A stretch of 64,000 nucleotides of DNA from the human T2T-CHM13v2.0 reference genome, Homo sapiens: the NCBI RefSeq assembly GCF_009914755.1, contig NC_060936.1; one strand, 5' to 3'. Made by a program: the position numbers and the translations under genes. This document shows, one piece after another, positions 1 to 13,500 of this stretch. The notes under the pieces are model-generated. The model worked only from the letters and a program-made list of their open reading frames with translations. It did not search any database and was not told the origin of the DNA. Every line of letters starts with the position of its first letter. The stretch's first letter is position 1.

Positions 1-197
1 ATTCTGTCTAGTTTTTATACGAAGATGTTTCCTTTTCTACCTTTGGTCTCAAAGCGATTGAAATCTCCACATGGAAACTCCACAAAAAGAGTGTTTCAAA
101 TCTGCTCTTTCTGAAGGAAGGTTCAACTCTGTGAGTTGAATACACACACCACAAATAAGTTACTGAGAATTCTTCTGTGTAACATTATATGAGGAAA

Positions 198-214
198 TCC
201 CGTTTCCAACGAAG
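198..214 (-). other. CENP-B box (first example; the site recurs once per ~340-bp dimer across the window)
   Basis: Plus strand TCCCGTTTCCAACGAAG equals minus strand CTTCGTTGGAAACGGGA, the canonical 17-bp CENP-B box with intact TTCG-A-CGGG core. It is repeated at 538, 878, 1557 and onward. Confidence 0.97.
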
Positions 215-559
215 GCCTCAAAGAGGTCCAAATATCCACTTGCAGACTTTACAAAGACAGTGTCTCCAAACTCCTCCATCAAAAGAAAGGTTATACTCTG
301 TGAATTGAACGCACACATCACAAAGTAGTTTCTGAGAATGATTCTGTCTAGTTTTTATACGAAGATATTTCCTTTTCTACATTTGGCCTAAAAGCGCTTG
401 AAATCTCCACCTGCAAATATCACAAAAAGAGGGTTTCACATCTGCTCTGTCTAAAGGACAGTTCACCTCTGTGAGTTGAATAGAGGCAACACAAAGAACT
501 TACTCAGTATTCTTCTTTCTAGCATTCTATGAAGAAATCCCGTTTCCAACGAAGGCCCC

Positions 560-3500
560 AAAGAGGTCCAAATATCTGCTTGCAGACTTTACAAAGACAG
601 TGTCTCCAAACTCCTCCGTCAAAAGAAAGGTTATACTCTGTGAATTGAACGCACACATCACAAAGTAGTTTCTGAGAATGATTGTGTCTAGTTTTTATAC
701 GAAGATATTTCCTTTTCTACATTTGGCCTCAAAGCGCTTGAAATCTCCACCTGCAAATATCACAAAAAGAGGGTTTCACATCTGCTCTGTCTAAAGGACA
801 GTTCACCTCTGTGAGTTGAATAGAGGCAACACAAAGAACTTACTCAGTATTCTTCTTTCTAGCGTTCTATGAAGAAATCCCGTTTCCAACGAAGGCCCCA
901 AAGAGGTCCAAATATCTGCTTGCAGACTTTACAGACAGAGTGTTTCCAAACTACTCTATGAAAAGAAAGCTTAAACTCCTTGAGTTGAACGCACACATCA
1001 CAAAGTAGTTTCTGAGAATGATTCTGTCTAGTTTTTATACGAAGATGTTTCCTTTTCTACATTTGGTCTCAAAGCGATTGAAATCTCCAACTGGAAACTG
1101 CACAAATAGGGTGTTTCAAATCTGCTCTGTCTAAAGGAAGGTTCAACTCTGTGAGTTGAATACACACACCACACATAAGTTACTGAGAATTCTTCTGTCG
1201 AACATTACAGGAAGAAATCCCGTTACCAACGAAGGCCTCAAAGAGGTCCAAATATCCACTTGCAGACATTACAAACAGTGTGTTTGCAAACTGCTCCATC
1301 AAAAGAAAGGTTAAACTCTGTGAGCTGAACACACACATCAAAAAGAAGTTTCTGTGAATGATTCTGTCTAGATTTTATAAGAAGATGTTTCCTTTTCTAC
1401 CGTAGGCCTCAAAGCGCTTGAAATCTCCAGCTGCAAATTCCACAAAAAGGGTGTTTAACATCTGCTCTTCTAAAGGAAAGTTCAACTCTATGAGTTGAAT
1501 ACACACAGCACAAAGAAGTTTCTGAGACTTCTCCTATCAAACATTATATGAAGAAATCCCGTTTCCAACGAAGGCCTCAAAGAGGTCCAAATATCTGCTT
1601 GCAGACTTTACAGACAGAGTGTTTCCAAACTGCTCCATCAAAAGAAAGGTTAAACTCCTTGCGTTGAACACACACATCACAAAGTAGTTTCTGTGAATGA
1701 TTCTGTCTAGTTTTTATACGAAGATGTTTCCTTTTCTACCTTTGGTCTGAAAGCGATTGAAATCTCCACATGGAAACTCCACAAAAAGAGTGTTTCAAAT
1801 CCGCTCTTTCGGAAGGAAGGTTCAACTCTGTGAGTTGAATACACACACCACAAATAAGTTACTGAGAATTCTTCTGTGTAACATTATATGAGGAAATCCC
1901 GTTTCCAACGAAGGCCTCAAAGAGGTCCAAATATCCACTTGCAGACTTTACAAAGACAGTGTCTCCAAACTCCTCCATCGAAAGAATGGTTATACTCTGT
2001 GAATTGAACGCACACATCACAAAGTAGTTTCTGAGAATGATTCTGTCTAGTTTTTATACGAAGATATTTCCTTTTCTACATTTGGCCTAAAAGCGCTTGA
2101 AATCTCCACCTGCAAATATCACAAAAAGAGGGTTTCACATCTGCTCTGTCTAAAGGACAGTTCACCTCTGTGAGTTGAATAGAGGCAACACAAAGAACTT
2201 ACTCAGTATTCTTCTTTCTAGCGTTCTATGAAGAAATCCCGTTTCCAACGAAGGCCCCAAAGAGGTCCAAATATCTGCTTGCAGACTTTACAGACAGAGT
2301 GTTTCCAAACTACTCTATGAAAAGAAAGCTTAAACTCCTTGAGTTGAACGCACACATCACAAAGTAGTTTCTGAGAATGATTCTGTCTAGTTTTTATACG
2401 AAGATGTTTCCTTTTCTACATTTGGTCTCAAAGCGATTGAAATCTCCACATGGAAACTCCACAAAAAGAGTGTTTCAAATCTGCTCTTTCTGAAGGAAGG
2501 TTCAACTCTGTGAGTTGAATACACACACCACAAATAAGTTACTGAGAATTCTTCTGTGTAACATTATATGAGGAAATCCCGTTTCCAACGAAGGCCTCAA
2601 AGAGGTCCAAATATCCACTTGCAGACTTTACAAAGACAGTGTCTCCAAACTCCTCCATCAAAAGAAAGGTTATACTCTGTGAATTGAACGCACACATCAC
2701 AAAGTAGTTTCTGAGAATGATTCTGTCTAGTTTTTATACGAAGATATTTCCTTTTCTACATTTGGCCTAAAAGCGCTTGAAATCTCCACCTGCAAATATC
2801 ACAAAAAGAGGGTTTCACATCTGCTCTATCTAAAGGAGAGTTCACCTCTGTGAGTTGAATAGAGGCAACACAAAGAACTTACTCAGTATTCTTCTTTCTA
2901 GCGTTCTATGAAGAAATCCCGTTTCCAACGAAGGCCTCAAAGAGGTCCAAATATCTGCTTGCAGACTTTACAAAGACAGTGTCTCCAAACTCCTCCGTCA
3001 AAAGAAAGGTTATACTCTGTGAATTGAACGCACACATCACAAAGTAGTTTCTGAGAATGATTGTGTCTAGTTTTTATACGAAGATATTTCCTTTTCTACA
3101 TTTGGCCTCAAAGCGCTTGAAATCTCCACCTGCAAATATCACAAAAAGAGGGTTTCACATCTGCTCTGTCTAAAGGACAGTTCACCTCTGTGAGTTGAAT
3201 AGAGGCAACACAAAGAACTTACTCAGTATTCTTCTTTCTAGCGTTCTATGAAGAAATCTCGTTTCCAACGAAGGCCCCAAAGAGGTCCAAATATCTGCTT
3301 GCAGACTTTACAGACAGAGTGTTTCCAAACTACTCTATGAAAAGAAAGCTTAAACTCCTTGAGTTGAACGCACACATCACAAAGTAGTTTCTGAGAATGA
3401 TTCTGTCTAGTTTTTATACGAAGATGTTTCCTTTTCTACATTTGGTCTCAAAGCGATTGAAATCTCCAACTGGAAACTGCACAAATAGGGTGTTTCAAAT

Positions 3501-5317
3501 CTGCTCTGTCTAAAGGAAGGTTCAACTCTGTGAGTTGAATACACACACCACACATAAGTTACTGAGAATTCTTCTGTCGAACATTACAGGAAGAAATCCC
3601 GTTACCAACGAAGGCCTCAAAGAGGTCCAAATATCCACTTGCAGACATTACAAACAGTGTGTTTGCAAACTCCTCCATCAAAAGAAAGGTTAAACTCTGT
3701 GAGCTGAACACACACATCAAAAAGAAGTTTCTGTGAATGATTCTGTCTAGATTTTATAAGAAGATGTTTCCTTTTCTACCGTAGGCCTCAAAGCGCTTGA
3801 AATCTCCAGCTGCAAATTCCACAAAAAGGGTGTTTAACATCTGCTCTTCTAAAGGAAAGTTCAACTCTATGAGTTGAATACACACAGCACAAAGAAGTTT
3901 CTGAGACTTCTCCTATCAAACATTATATGAAGAAATCCCGTTTCCAACGAAGGCCTCAAAGAGGTCCAAATATCTGCTTGCAGACTTTACAGACAGAGTG
4001 TTTCCAAACTGCTCCATCAAAAGAAAGGTTAAACTCCTTGCGTTGAACACACACATCACAAAGTAGTTTCTGTGAATGATTCTGTCTAGTTTTTATACGA
4101 AGATGTTTCCTTTTCTACCTTTGGTCTCAAAGCGATTGAAATCTCCACATGGAAACTCCACAAAAAGAGTGTTTCAAATCTGCTCTTTCGGAAGGAAGGT
4201 TCAACTCTGTGAGTTGAATACACACACCACAAATAAGTTACTGAGAATTCTTCTGTGTAACATTATATGAGGAAATCCCGTTTCCAACGAAGGCCTCAAA
4301 GAGGTCCAAATATCCACTTGCAGACTTTACAAAGACAGTGTCTCCAAACTCCTCCATCGAAAGAATGGTTATACTCTGTGAATTGAACGCACACATCACA
4401 AAGTAGTTTCTGAGAATGATTCTGTCTAGTTTTTATACGAAGATATTTCCTTTTCTACATTTGGCCTAAAAGCGCTTGAAATCTCCACCTGCAAATATCA
4501 CAAAAAGAGGGTTTCACATCTGCTCTGTCTAAAGGACAGTTCACCTCTGTGAGTTGAATAGAGGCAACACAAAGAACTTACTCAGTATTCTTCTTTCTAG
4601 CGTTCTATGAAGAAATCCCGTTTCCAACGAAGGCCCCAAAGAGGTCCAAATATCTGCTTGCAGTCTTTACAGACAGAGTGTTTCCAAACTACTCTATGAA
4701 AAGAAAGCTTAAACTCCTTGAGTTGAACGCACACATCACAAAGTAGTTTCTGAGAATGATTCTGTCTAGTTTTTATACGAAGATGTTTCCTTTTCTACAT
4801 TTGGTCTCAAAGCGATTGAAATCTCCACATGGAAACTCCACAAAAAGAGTGTTTCAAATCTGCTCTTTCTGAAGGAAGGTTCAACTCTGTGAGTTGAATA
4901 CACACACCACAAATAAGTTACTGAGAATTCTTCTGTGTAACATTATATGAGGAAATCCCGTTTCCAACGAAGGCCTCAAAGAGGTCCAAATATCCACTTG
5001 CAGACTTTACAAAGACAGTGTCTCCAAACTCCTCCATCAAAAGAAAGGTTATACTCTGTGAATTGAACGCACACATCACAAAGTAGTTTCTGAGAATGAT
5101 TCTGTCTAGTTTTTATACGAAGATATTTCCTTTTCTACATTTGGCCTAAAAGCGCTTGAAATCTCCACCTGCAAATATCACAAAAAGAGGGTTTCACATC
5201 TGCTCTATCTAAAGGAGAGTTCACCTCTGTGAGTTGAATAGAGGCAACACAAAGAACTTACTCAGTATTCTTCTTTCTAGCGTTCTATGAAGAAATCCCG
5301 TTTCCAACGAAGGCCTC
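560..5317. repeat. Tandem duplication of a 14-monomer variant unit, period 2379 bp
   Basis: Private variants recur exactly 2379 bp apart: CTCCGTC (~617/2996), ATTGTGTC (681/3060), CACATAAG, CGTTACC, TTTGCAAA, GCGTTGAAC, ATCGAAAGAATGG, a hybrid C/A monomer (2380/4759) and CTATCTAAAGGAGAG. Boundaries are approximate. Confidence 0.9.
1389..1405 (-). other. pJalpha-type (A-box) motif at the equivalent position of the non-CENP-B monomer (example in dimer D)
   Basis: Plus strand TTCCTTTTCTACCGTAG (minus CTACGGTAGAAAAGGAA) lies ~170 bp from the neighbouring CENP-B boxes and resembles the A-type monomer pJalpha motif. Dimers A, B and C carry diverged versions. Confidence 0.6.
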
Positions 5318-5438
5318 AAAGAGGTCCAAATATCTGCTTGCAGACTTTACAGACACAGTTTTTCCAAACTGCTCCATCAAGAGAAAGGTTAAACTCCTTG
5401 AGTTGAACACACACATCACAAAGTAGTTTCTGTGAATG

Positions 5439-6797
5439 ATTCTGTCTAGTTTTTATACGAAGATGTTTCCTTTTCTACCTTTGGTCTCAAAGCGATTGAA
5501 ATCTCCACATGGAAACTCCACAAAAAGAGTGTTTCAAATCTGCTCTTTCCGAAGGAAGGTTCAACTCTGTGAGTTGAATACACACACCACAAATAAGTTA
5601 CTGAGAATTCTTCTGTGTAACATTATATGAGGAAATCCCGTTTCCAACGAAGGCCTCAAAGAGATCCAAATATCCACTTGCAGACTTTACAAAGACAGTG
5701 TCTCCAAACTCCTCCATCAAAAGAAAGGTTATCCTCTGTGAATTGAACGCACACATCACAAAGTAGTTTCTGAGAATGATTCTGTCTAGTTTTTATACGA
5801 AGATATTTCCTTTTCTACATTTGGCCTCAAAGCGCTTGAAATCTCCACCTGCAAATATCACAAAAAGAGGGTTTCACATCTGCTCTGTCTAAAGGACAGT
5901 TCACCTCTGTGAGTTGAATAGAGGCAACACAAAGAACTTACTCAGTATTCTTCTTTCTAGCGTTCTATGAAGAAATCCCGTTTCCAACGAAGGCCCCAAA
6001 GAGGTCCAAATATCTGCTTGCAGACTTTACAGACAGAGTGTTTCCAAACTACTCTATGAAAAGAAAGCTTAAACTCCTTGAGTTGAACGCACACATCACA
6101 AAGTAGTTTCTGAGAATGATTCTGTCTAGTTTTTATACGAAGATGTTTCCTTTTCTACATTTGGTCTCAAAGCGATTGAAATCTCCAACTGGAAACTGCA
6201 CAAATAGGGTGTTTCAAATCTGCTCTGTCTAAAGGAAGGTTCAACTCTGTGAGTTGAATACACACACCACAAATAAGTTACTGAGAATTCTTCTGTCGAA
6301 CATTACTTGAAGAAATCCCGTTTCCAACGAAGGCCTCAAAGAGGTCCAAATATCCACTTGCAGACATTACAAACAGAGTGTTTCCAAACTGCTCCATCAA
6401 AAGAAAGGTTAAACTCTGTGAGCTGAACACACACATCAAAAAGAAGTTTCTGTGAATGATTCTGTCTAGATATTATAAGAAGATGTTTCCTTTTCTACCG
6501 TAGGCCTCAAAGCGCTTGAAATCTCCAGCTGCAAATTCCACAAAAAGGGTGTTTAACATCTGCTCTTCTAAAGGAAAGTTCAACTCTATGAGTTGAATAC
6601 ACACAGCACAAAGAAGTTACTGAGACTTCTCCTATCAAACATTACATGAAGAAATCCCGTTTCCAACGAAGGCCTCAAAGAGGTCCAAATATCTGCTTGC
6701 AGACTTTACAGACAGAGTGTTTCCAAACTGCTCCATCAAAAGAAAGGTTAAACTCCTTGAGTTGAACACACACATCACAAAGTAGTTTCTGTGAATG
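5439..6797. repeat. Canonical 8-monomer HOR copy (A 5439, B 5779, C 6119, D 6459), 1359 bp
   Basis: Dimers of 340+340+340+339 bp with diagnostic words A=CCACATGGAAACTCC, B=TAGAGGCAAC/AAGCTT, C=CCAACTGGAAACTGC/GAGCTGAAC and D=GTAGGCC/CAGCTG. The next A starts at 6798. Confidence 0.93.
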
Positions 6798-9700
6798 ATT
6801 CTGTCTAGTTTTTATACGAAGATGTTTCCTTTTGTACCTTTGGTCTCAAAGCGATTGAAATCTCCACATGGAAACTCCACAAAAAGGGTGTTTCAAATCT
6901 GCTCTTTCTGAAGGAAGGTTCAACTCTGTGAGTTGAATACACACACCACAAATAAGTTACTGAGAATTCTTCTGTGTAACATTATATGAGGAAATCCCGT
7001 TTCCAACGAAGGCCTCAAAGAGGTCCAAATATCCACTTGCAGACTTTACAAAGACAGGGTCTCCAAACTCCTCCATCAAAAGAAAGGTTATACTCTGTGA
7101 ATTGAACGCACACATCACAAAGTGGTTTCTGAGAATGATTCTGTCTAGTTTTTATACGAAGATATTTCCTTTTCTACATTTGGCCTAAAAGCGTTTGAAA
7201 TCTCCACCTGCAAATATCACAAAAAGAGGGTTTCACATCTGCTCTGTCTAAAGGACAGTTCACCTCTGTGAGTTGAATAGAGGCAACACAAAGAACTTAC
7301 TCAGTATTCTTCTTTCCAGCGTTCTATGAAGAAATCCCTTTTCCAACGAAGGCCTCAAATAGGTCCAAATATCTGCTTGCAGACTTTACAGACAGAGTGT
7401 TTCCAAACTACTCTATGAAAAGAAAGCTTAAACTCCTTGAGTTGAACGCACACATCACAAAGTAGTTTCTGAGAATGATTCTGTCTAGTTTTTATACGAA
7501 GATGTTTCCTTTTCTACATTTGGTCTCAAAGCGATTGAAATCTCCAACTGGAAACTGCACAAATAGGGTGTTTCAAATCTGCTCTGTCTAAAGGAAGGTT
7601 CAACTCTGTGAGTTGAATACACACACCACAAATAAGTTACTGAGAATTCTTCTGTCGAACATTACTTGAAGAAATCCCGTTTCCAACGAAGGCCTCAAAG
7701 AGGTCCAAATATCCACTTGCAGACATTACAAACAGAGTGTTTCCAAACTGCTCCATCAAAAGAAAGGTTAAACTCTGTGAGCTGAACACACACATCAAAA
7801 AGAAGTTTCTGTGAATGATTCTGTCTAGATATTATAAGAAGATGTTTCCTTTTCTACCGTAGGCCTCAAAGCGCTTGAAATCTCCACCTGCAAATTCCAC
7901 AAAAAGGGTGTTTAACATCTGCTCTTCTAAAGGAAAGTTCAACTCTATGAGTTGAATACACACAGCACAAAGAAGTTACTGAGACTTCTCCTATCAAACA
8001 TTATATGAAGAAATCCCGTTTCCAACGAAGGCCTCAAAGAGGTCCAAATATCTGCTTGCAGACTTTACAGACAGAGTGTTTCCAAACTGCTCCATCAAAA
8101 GAAAGGTTAAACTCCTTGAGTTGAACACACACATCACAAAGTAGTTTCTGTGAATGATTCTGTCTAGTTTTTATACGAAGATGTTTCCTTTTCTACCTTT
8201 GGTCTCAAAGCGATTGAAATCTCCACATCGAAACTCCACAAAAAGAGTGTTTCAAATCTGCTCTTTTTGAAGGAAGGTCCAACTCTGTGAGTTGAATACA
8301 CACACCACAAATAAGTTACTGAGAATTCTTCTGTGTAACATTATATGAGGAAATCCCGTTTCCAATGAAGGCCTCAAAGAGGTCCAAATATCCACTTGAA
8401 GACTTTACAAAGACAGTGTCTCCAAACTCCTCCATCAAAAGAAAGGTTATACTCTGTGAATTGAACGCACACATCACAAAGTAGTTTCTGAGAATGATTG
8501 TGTCTAGTTTTTATACGAAGATATTTCCTTTTCTACATTTGGCCTAAAAGCGCTTGAAATCTCCACCTGCAAATATCACAAAAAGAGGGTTTCACATCTG
8601 CTCTGTCTAAAGGACAGTTCACCTCTGTGAGTTGAATAGAGGCAACACAAAGAACTTACTCAGTATTCTTCTTTCTAGCGTTCTATGAAGAAATCACATT
8701 TCCAACGAAGGCCCCAAAGAGGTCCAAATATCTGCTTGCAGACTTTACAGACAGAGTGTTTCCAAACTACTCTATGAAAAGAAAGCTTAAACTCCTTGAG
8801 TTGAACGCACACATCACAAAGTAGTTTCTGAGAATGATTCTGTCTAGTTTTTATACGAAGATGTTTCCTTTTCTACATTTGGTCTCAAAGCGATTGAAAT
8901 CTCCAACTGGAAACTGCACAAATAGGGTGTATCAAATCTGCTCTGTCTAAAGAAGGTTCAACTCTGTGAGTTGAATACACACACCACAAATAAGTTACTG
9001 AGAATTCTTCTGTCGAACATTACTTGAAGAAATCCCGTTTCCAACGAAGGCCTCAAAGAGGTCCAAATATCTGCTTGCAGACTTTACAGACAGAGTGTTT
9101 CCAAACTACTCTATGAAAAGAAAGCTTAAACTCCTTGAGTTGAACGCACACATCACAAAGTAGTTTCTGTGAATGATTCTGTCCAGTTTTTATACGAAGA
9201 TGTTTCCTTTTCTACCTTTGGTCTCAAAGCGATTGAAATCTCCACATGGAAACTCCACAAAAAGAGTGATTCAAATGTGCTCTTTCTGAAGGAAGGTTCA
9301 ACTCTGTGAGTTGAATACACACAACACAAATAAGTTACTGAGAATTCTTCTGTGTAACATTATATGAGGAAATCCCGTTTCCAACGAAGGCCTCAAAGAG
9401 GTCCAAATATCCACTTGCAGACTTTACAAAGACAGTGTCTCCAAACTCCTCCATCAAAAGAAAGGTTATACTCTGTGAATTGAACGCACACATCACAAAG
9501 TAGTTTCTGAGAATGATTCTGTCTAGTTTTTATACGAAGATATTTCCTTTTCTACATTTGGCCTAAAAGCGCTTGAAATCTCCACCTGCAAATATCACAA
9601 AAAGAGGGTTTCACATCTGCTCTGTCTAAAGGACAGTTCACCTCTGTGAGTTGAATAGAGGCAACACAAAGAACTTACTCAGTATTCTTCTTTCTAGCGT

Positions 9701-10533
9701 TCTATGAAGAAATCCCGTTTCCAACGAAGGCCTCAAAGAGGTCCAAATATCTGCTTGCAGACTTTACAGACAGAGTGTTTCCAAACTACTCTATGAAAAG
9801 AAAGCTTAAACTCCTTGAGTTGAACGCACACATCACAAAGTAGTTTCTGAGAATGATTCTGTCTAGTTTTTATACGAAGATGTTTCGTTTTCTACATTTG
9901 GTCTCAAAGCGATTGAAATCTCCAACTGGAAACTGCACAAATAGGGTGTTTCAAATCTGCTCTGTCTAAAGGAAGGTTCAACTCTGTGAGTTGAATACAC
10001 ACACCACAAATAAGTTACTGAGAATTCTTCTGTCGAACATTACTTGAAGAAATCCCGTTTCCAAAGAAGGCCTCAAAGAGGTCCAAATATCCACTTGCAG
10101 ACATTACAAACAGAGTGTTTCCAAACTGCTCCATCAAAAGAAAGGTTAAACTCTGTGAGCTGAACACACACATGAAAAAGAAGTTTCTGTTAATGATTCT
10201 GTCTAGATTTTATAAGAAGATGTTTCCTTTTCTACCGTAGGCCTCAAAGCGCTTGAAATCTCCAGCTGCAAATTCCACAAAAAGGGTGTTTAACATCTGC
10301 TCTTCTAAAGGAAAGTTCAACTCTATGCGTTGAATACACACCGCACAAAGAAGTTACTGAGACTTCTCCTATCAAACATTATATGAAGAAATCCCGTTTC
10401 CAACGAAGGCCCCAAAAGGTCCAAATATCTGCTTGCAGACTTTACAGACAGAGTTTTTCCAAACAGCTCCATCAAAAGAAAGGTTAAACTCCTTGAGTTG
10501 AACACACACATCACAAAGTAGTTTCTGTGAATG

Positions 10534-13500
10534 ATTCTGTCTAGTTTTTATACGAAGATGTTTCCTTTTCTACCTTTGGTCTCAAAGCGATTGAAATCTC
10601 CACATGGAAACTCCACAAGAAGAGTGTTTCAAATCTGCTCTTTCTGAAGGAATGTTCAACTCTGTGAGTTGAATACACACACCACAAATAAGTTACTGAG
10701 AATTCTTCTGTGGAACATTATATGAGGAAATCCCGTTTCCAACGAAGGCCTCAAAGAGGTCCAAGTATCCACTTGCAGACTTTACAAAGACAATGTCTCC
10801 AAACTCCTCCATCAAAACAAAGGTTATACTCTGTGAATTGAACGCACACATCACAAAGTAGTTTCTGAGAATGATTCTGTCTAGTTTTTATACGAAGATA
10901 TTTCCTTTTCTACATTTGGCCTAAAAGCGCTTGAAATCTCCACCTGCAAATATCACAAAAAGAGGGTTTCACATCTGCTCTGTCTAAAGGACAGTTCACC
11001 TCTGTGAGTTGAATAGAGGCAACACAAAGAACTTACTCAGTATTCTTCTTTCTAGCCTTTTATGAAGAAATCCCGTTTCCAACGAAGGCCTCAAAGAGGT
11101 CCAAATATCTGCTTGCAGACTTTACAGACAGAGTGTTTCCAAACTACTCTATGAAAAGAAAGCTTAAACTCCTTGAGTTGAACGCACACATCACAAAGTA
11201 GTTTCTGAGAATGATTCTGTCTAGTTTTTATACGAAGATGTTTCCTTTTCTACATTTGGTCTCAAAGCGATTGAAATCTCCAACTGGAAAATGCACAAAT
11301 AGGGTGTTTCAAATCTGCTCTGTCTAAAGGAAGGTTCAACTCTGTGAGTTGAATACACACACCACAAATAAGTTACTGAGAATTCTTCTGTCGAACATTA
11401 CTTGAAGAAATCCCGTTTCCAAAGAAGGCCTCAAAGAGGTCCAAATATCCACTTGCAGACATTACAAACAGAGTGTTTCCAAACTGCTCCATCAAAAGAA
11501 AGGTTAAACTCTGTGAGCTGAACACACACATGAAAAAGAAGTTTCTGTGAATGATTCTGTCTAGATTTTATAAGAAGATGTTTCCTTTTCTACAGTAGGC
11601 CTCAAAGCGCTTGAAATCTCCAGCTGCAAATTCCACAAAAAGGGTGTTTAACATCTGCTGTTCTAAAGGAAAGTTCAAATCAATGAGTTGAATACACACA
11701 GCACAAAGAAGTTACTGAGACTTCTCCTATCAAACATCATATGAAGAAATCCCGTTTCCAACGAAGGCCTCAAAGAGGTCCAAATATCTGCTTGCAGACT
11801 TTACAAAGACAGTGTCTCCAAACTCCTCCATCAAAAGAAAGGTTATACTCTGTGAATTGAACGCACACATCACAAAGTAGTTTCTGAGAATGATTCTGTC
11901 TAGTTTTTATACGAAGATATTTTTTTTTCTACATTTGGCCTAAAAGCGCTTGAAATCTCCACCTGCAAATATCACAAAAAGAGGGTTTCACATCTGCTCT
12001 TTCTAAAGGACAGTTCACCTCTGTGAGTTGAATAGAGGCAACACAAAGAACTTACTCAGTATTCTTCTTTCTAGCGTTCTATGAAGAAATCCCGTTTCCA
12101 ACGAAGGCCCCAAAGAGGTCCAAATATCTGCTTGCAGACTTTACAGACAGAGTGTTTCCAAACTACTCTATGAAAAGAAAGCTTAAACTCCTTGAGTTGA
12201 ACGCACACATCACAAAGTAGTTTCTGAGAATGATTCTGTCTAGTTTTTATACGAAGATGTTTCCTTTTCTACATTTGGTCTCAAAGCGATTGAAATCTCC
12301 AACTGGAAACTGCACAAATAGGGTGTTTCAAATCTGCTCTGTCTAAAGGAAGGTTCAACTCTGTGAGTTGAATACACACACCACAAATAAGTTACTGAGA
12401 ATTCTTCTGTCGAAAATTACTTGAAGAAATCCCGTATCCAACGAAGGCCTCAAAGAGGTCCAAATATCCACTTGCAGACATTACAAACAGAGTGTTTCCA
12501 AACTGCTCCATCAAAAGAAAGGTTAAACTCTGTGAGCTGAACACACACATCAAAAAGAAGTTTCTGTGAATGATTCTGTCTAGATTTTATAAGAAGATGT
12601 TTCCTTTTCTACCGTAGGCCACAAAGCGCTTGAAAACTCCAGCTGCAAATTCCACAAAAAGGGTGTTTAACATCTGCTCTTCTAAAGGAAAGTTCAACTC
12701 TATGCGTTGAATACACACAGCACAAAGAAGTTACTGAGACTTCTCCTATCAAACATTATATGAAGAAATCCCGTTTCCAACGAAGGCCTCAAAGAGGTCC
12801 AAATATCTGCTTGCAGACTTTACAGACAGAGTTTTTCCAAACAGCTCCATCAAAAGAAAGGTTAAACTCCTTGAGTTGAACACACACATCACAAAGTAGT
12901 TTCTGTGAATGATTCTGTCTAGTTTTTATACGAAGATGTTTCCTTTTCTACCTTTGGTCTCAAAGCGATTGAAATCTCCACATGGAAACTCCACAAGAAG
13001 AGTGTTTCAAATCTGCTCTTTCTGAAGGAATGTTCAACTCTGTGAGTTGAATACACACACCACAAATAAGTTACTGAGAATTCTTCTGTGGAACATTATA
13101 TGAGGAAATCCCGTTTCCAACGAAGGCCTCAAAGAGGTCCAAGTATCCACTTGCAGACTTTACAAAGACAATGTCTCCAAACTCCTCCATCAAAACAAAG
13201 GTTATACTCTGTGAATTGAACGCACACATCACAAAGTAGTTTCTGAGAATGATTCTGTCTAGTTTTTATACGAAGATATTTCCTTTTCTACATTTGGCCT
13301 AAAAGCGCTTGAAATCTCCACCTGCAAATATCACAAAAAGAGGGTTTCACATCTGCTCTGTCTAAAGGACAGTTCACCTCTGTGAGTTGAATAGAGGCAA
13401 CACAAAGAACTTACTCAGTATTCTTCTTTCTAGCCTTTTATGAAGAAATCCCGTTTCCAACGAAGGCCTCAAAGAGGTCCAAATATCTGCTTGCAGACTT

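Noticed and set aside
4076-4270. 64-aa ORF MILSSFYTKMF... (and its copy at 5436-5630)
   Set aside because: This is translated alpha satellite. It is open only because a SNV removes the TGA in TTCTGAAGG (to TTCGGAAGG or TTCCGAAGG), and it has no gene context.
10323-10514. 63-aa minus-strand ORF, and the related 78-aa ORF at 23961-24197
   Set aside because: These are satellite-derived frames opened by a 1-bp deletion or SNVs at hybrid junctions, with no recognisable domain.
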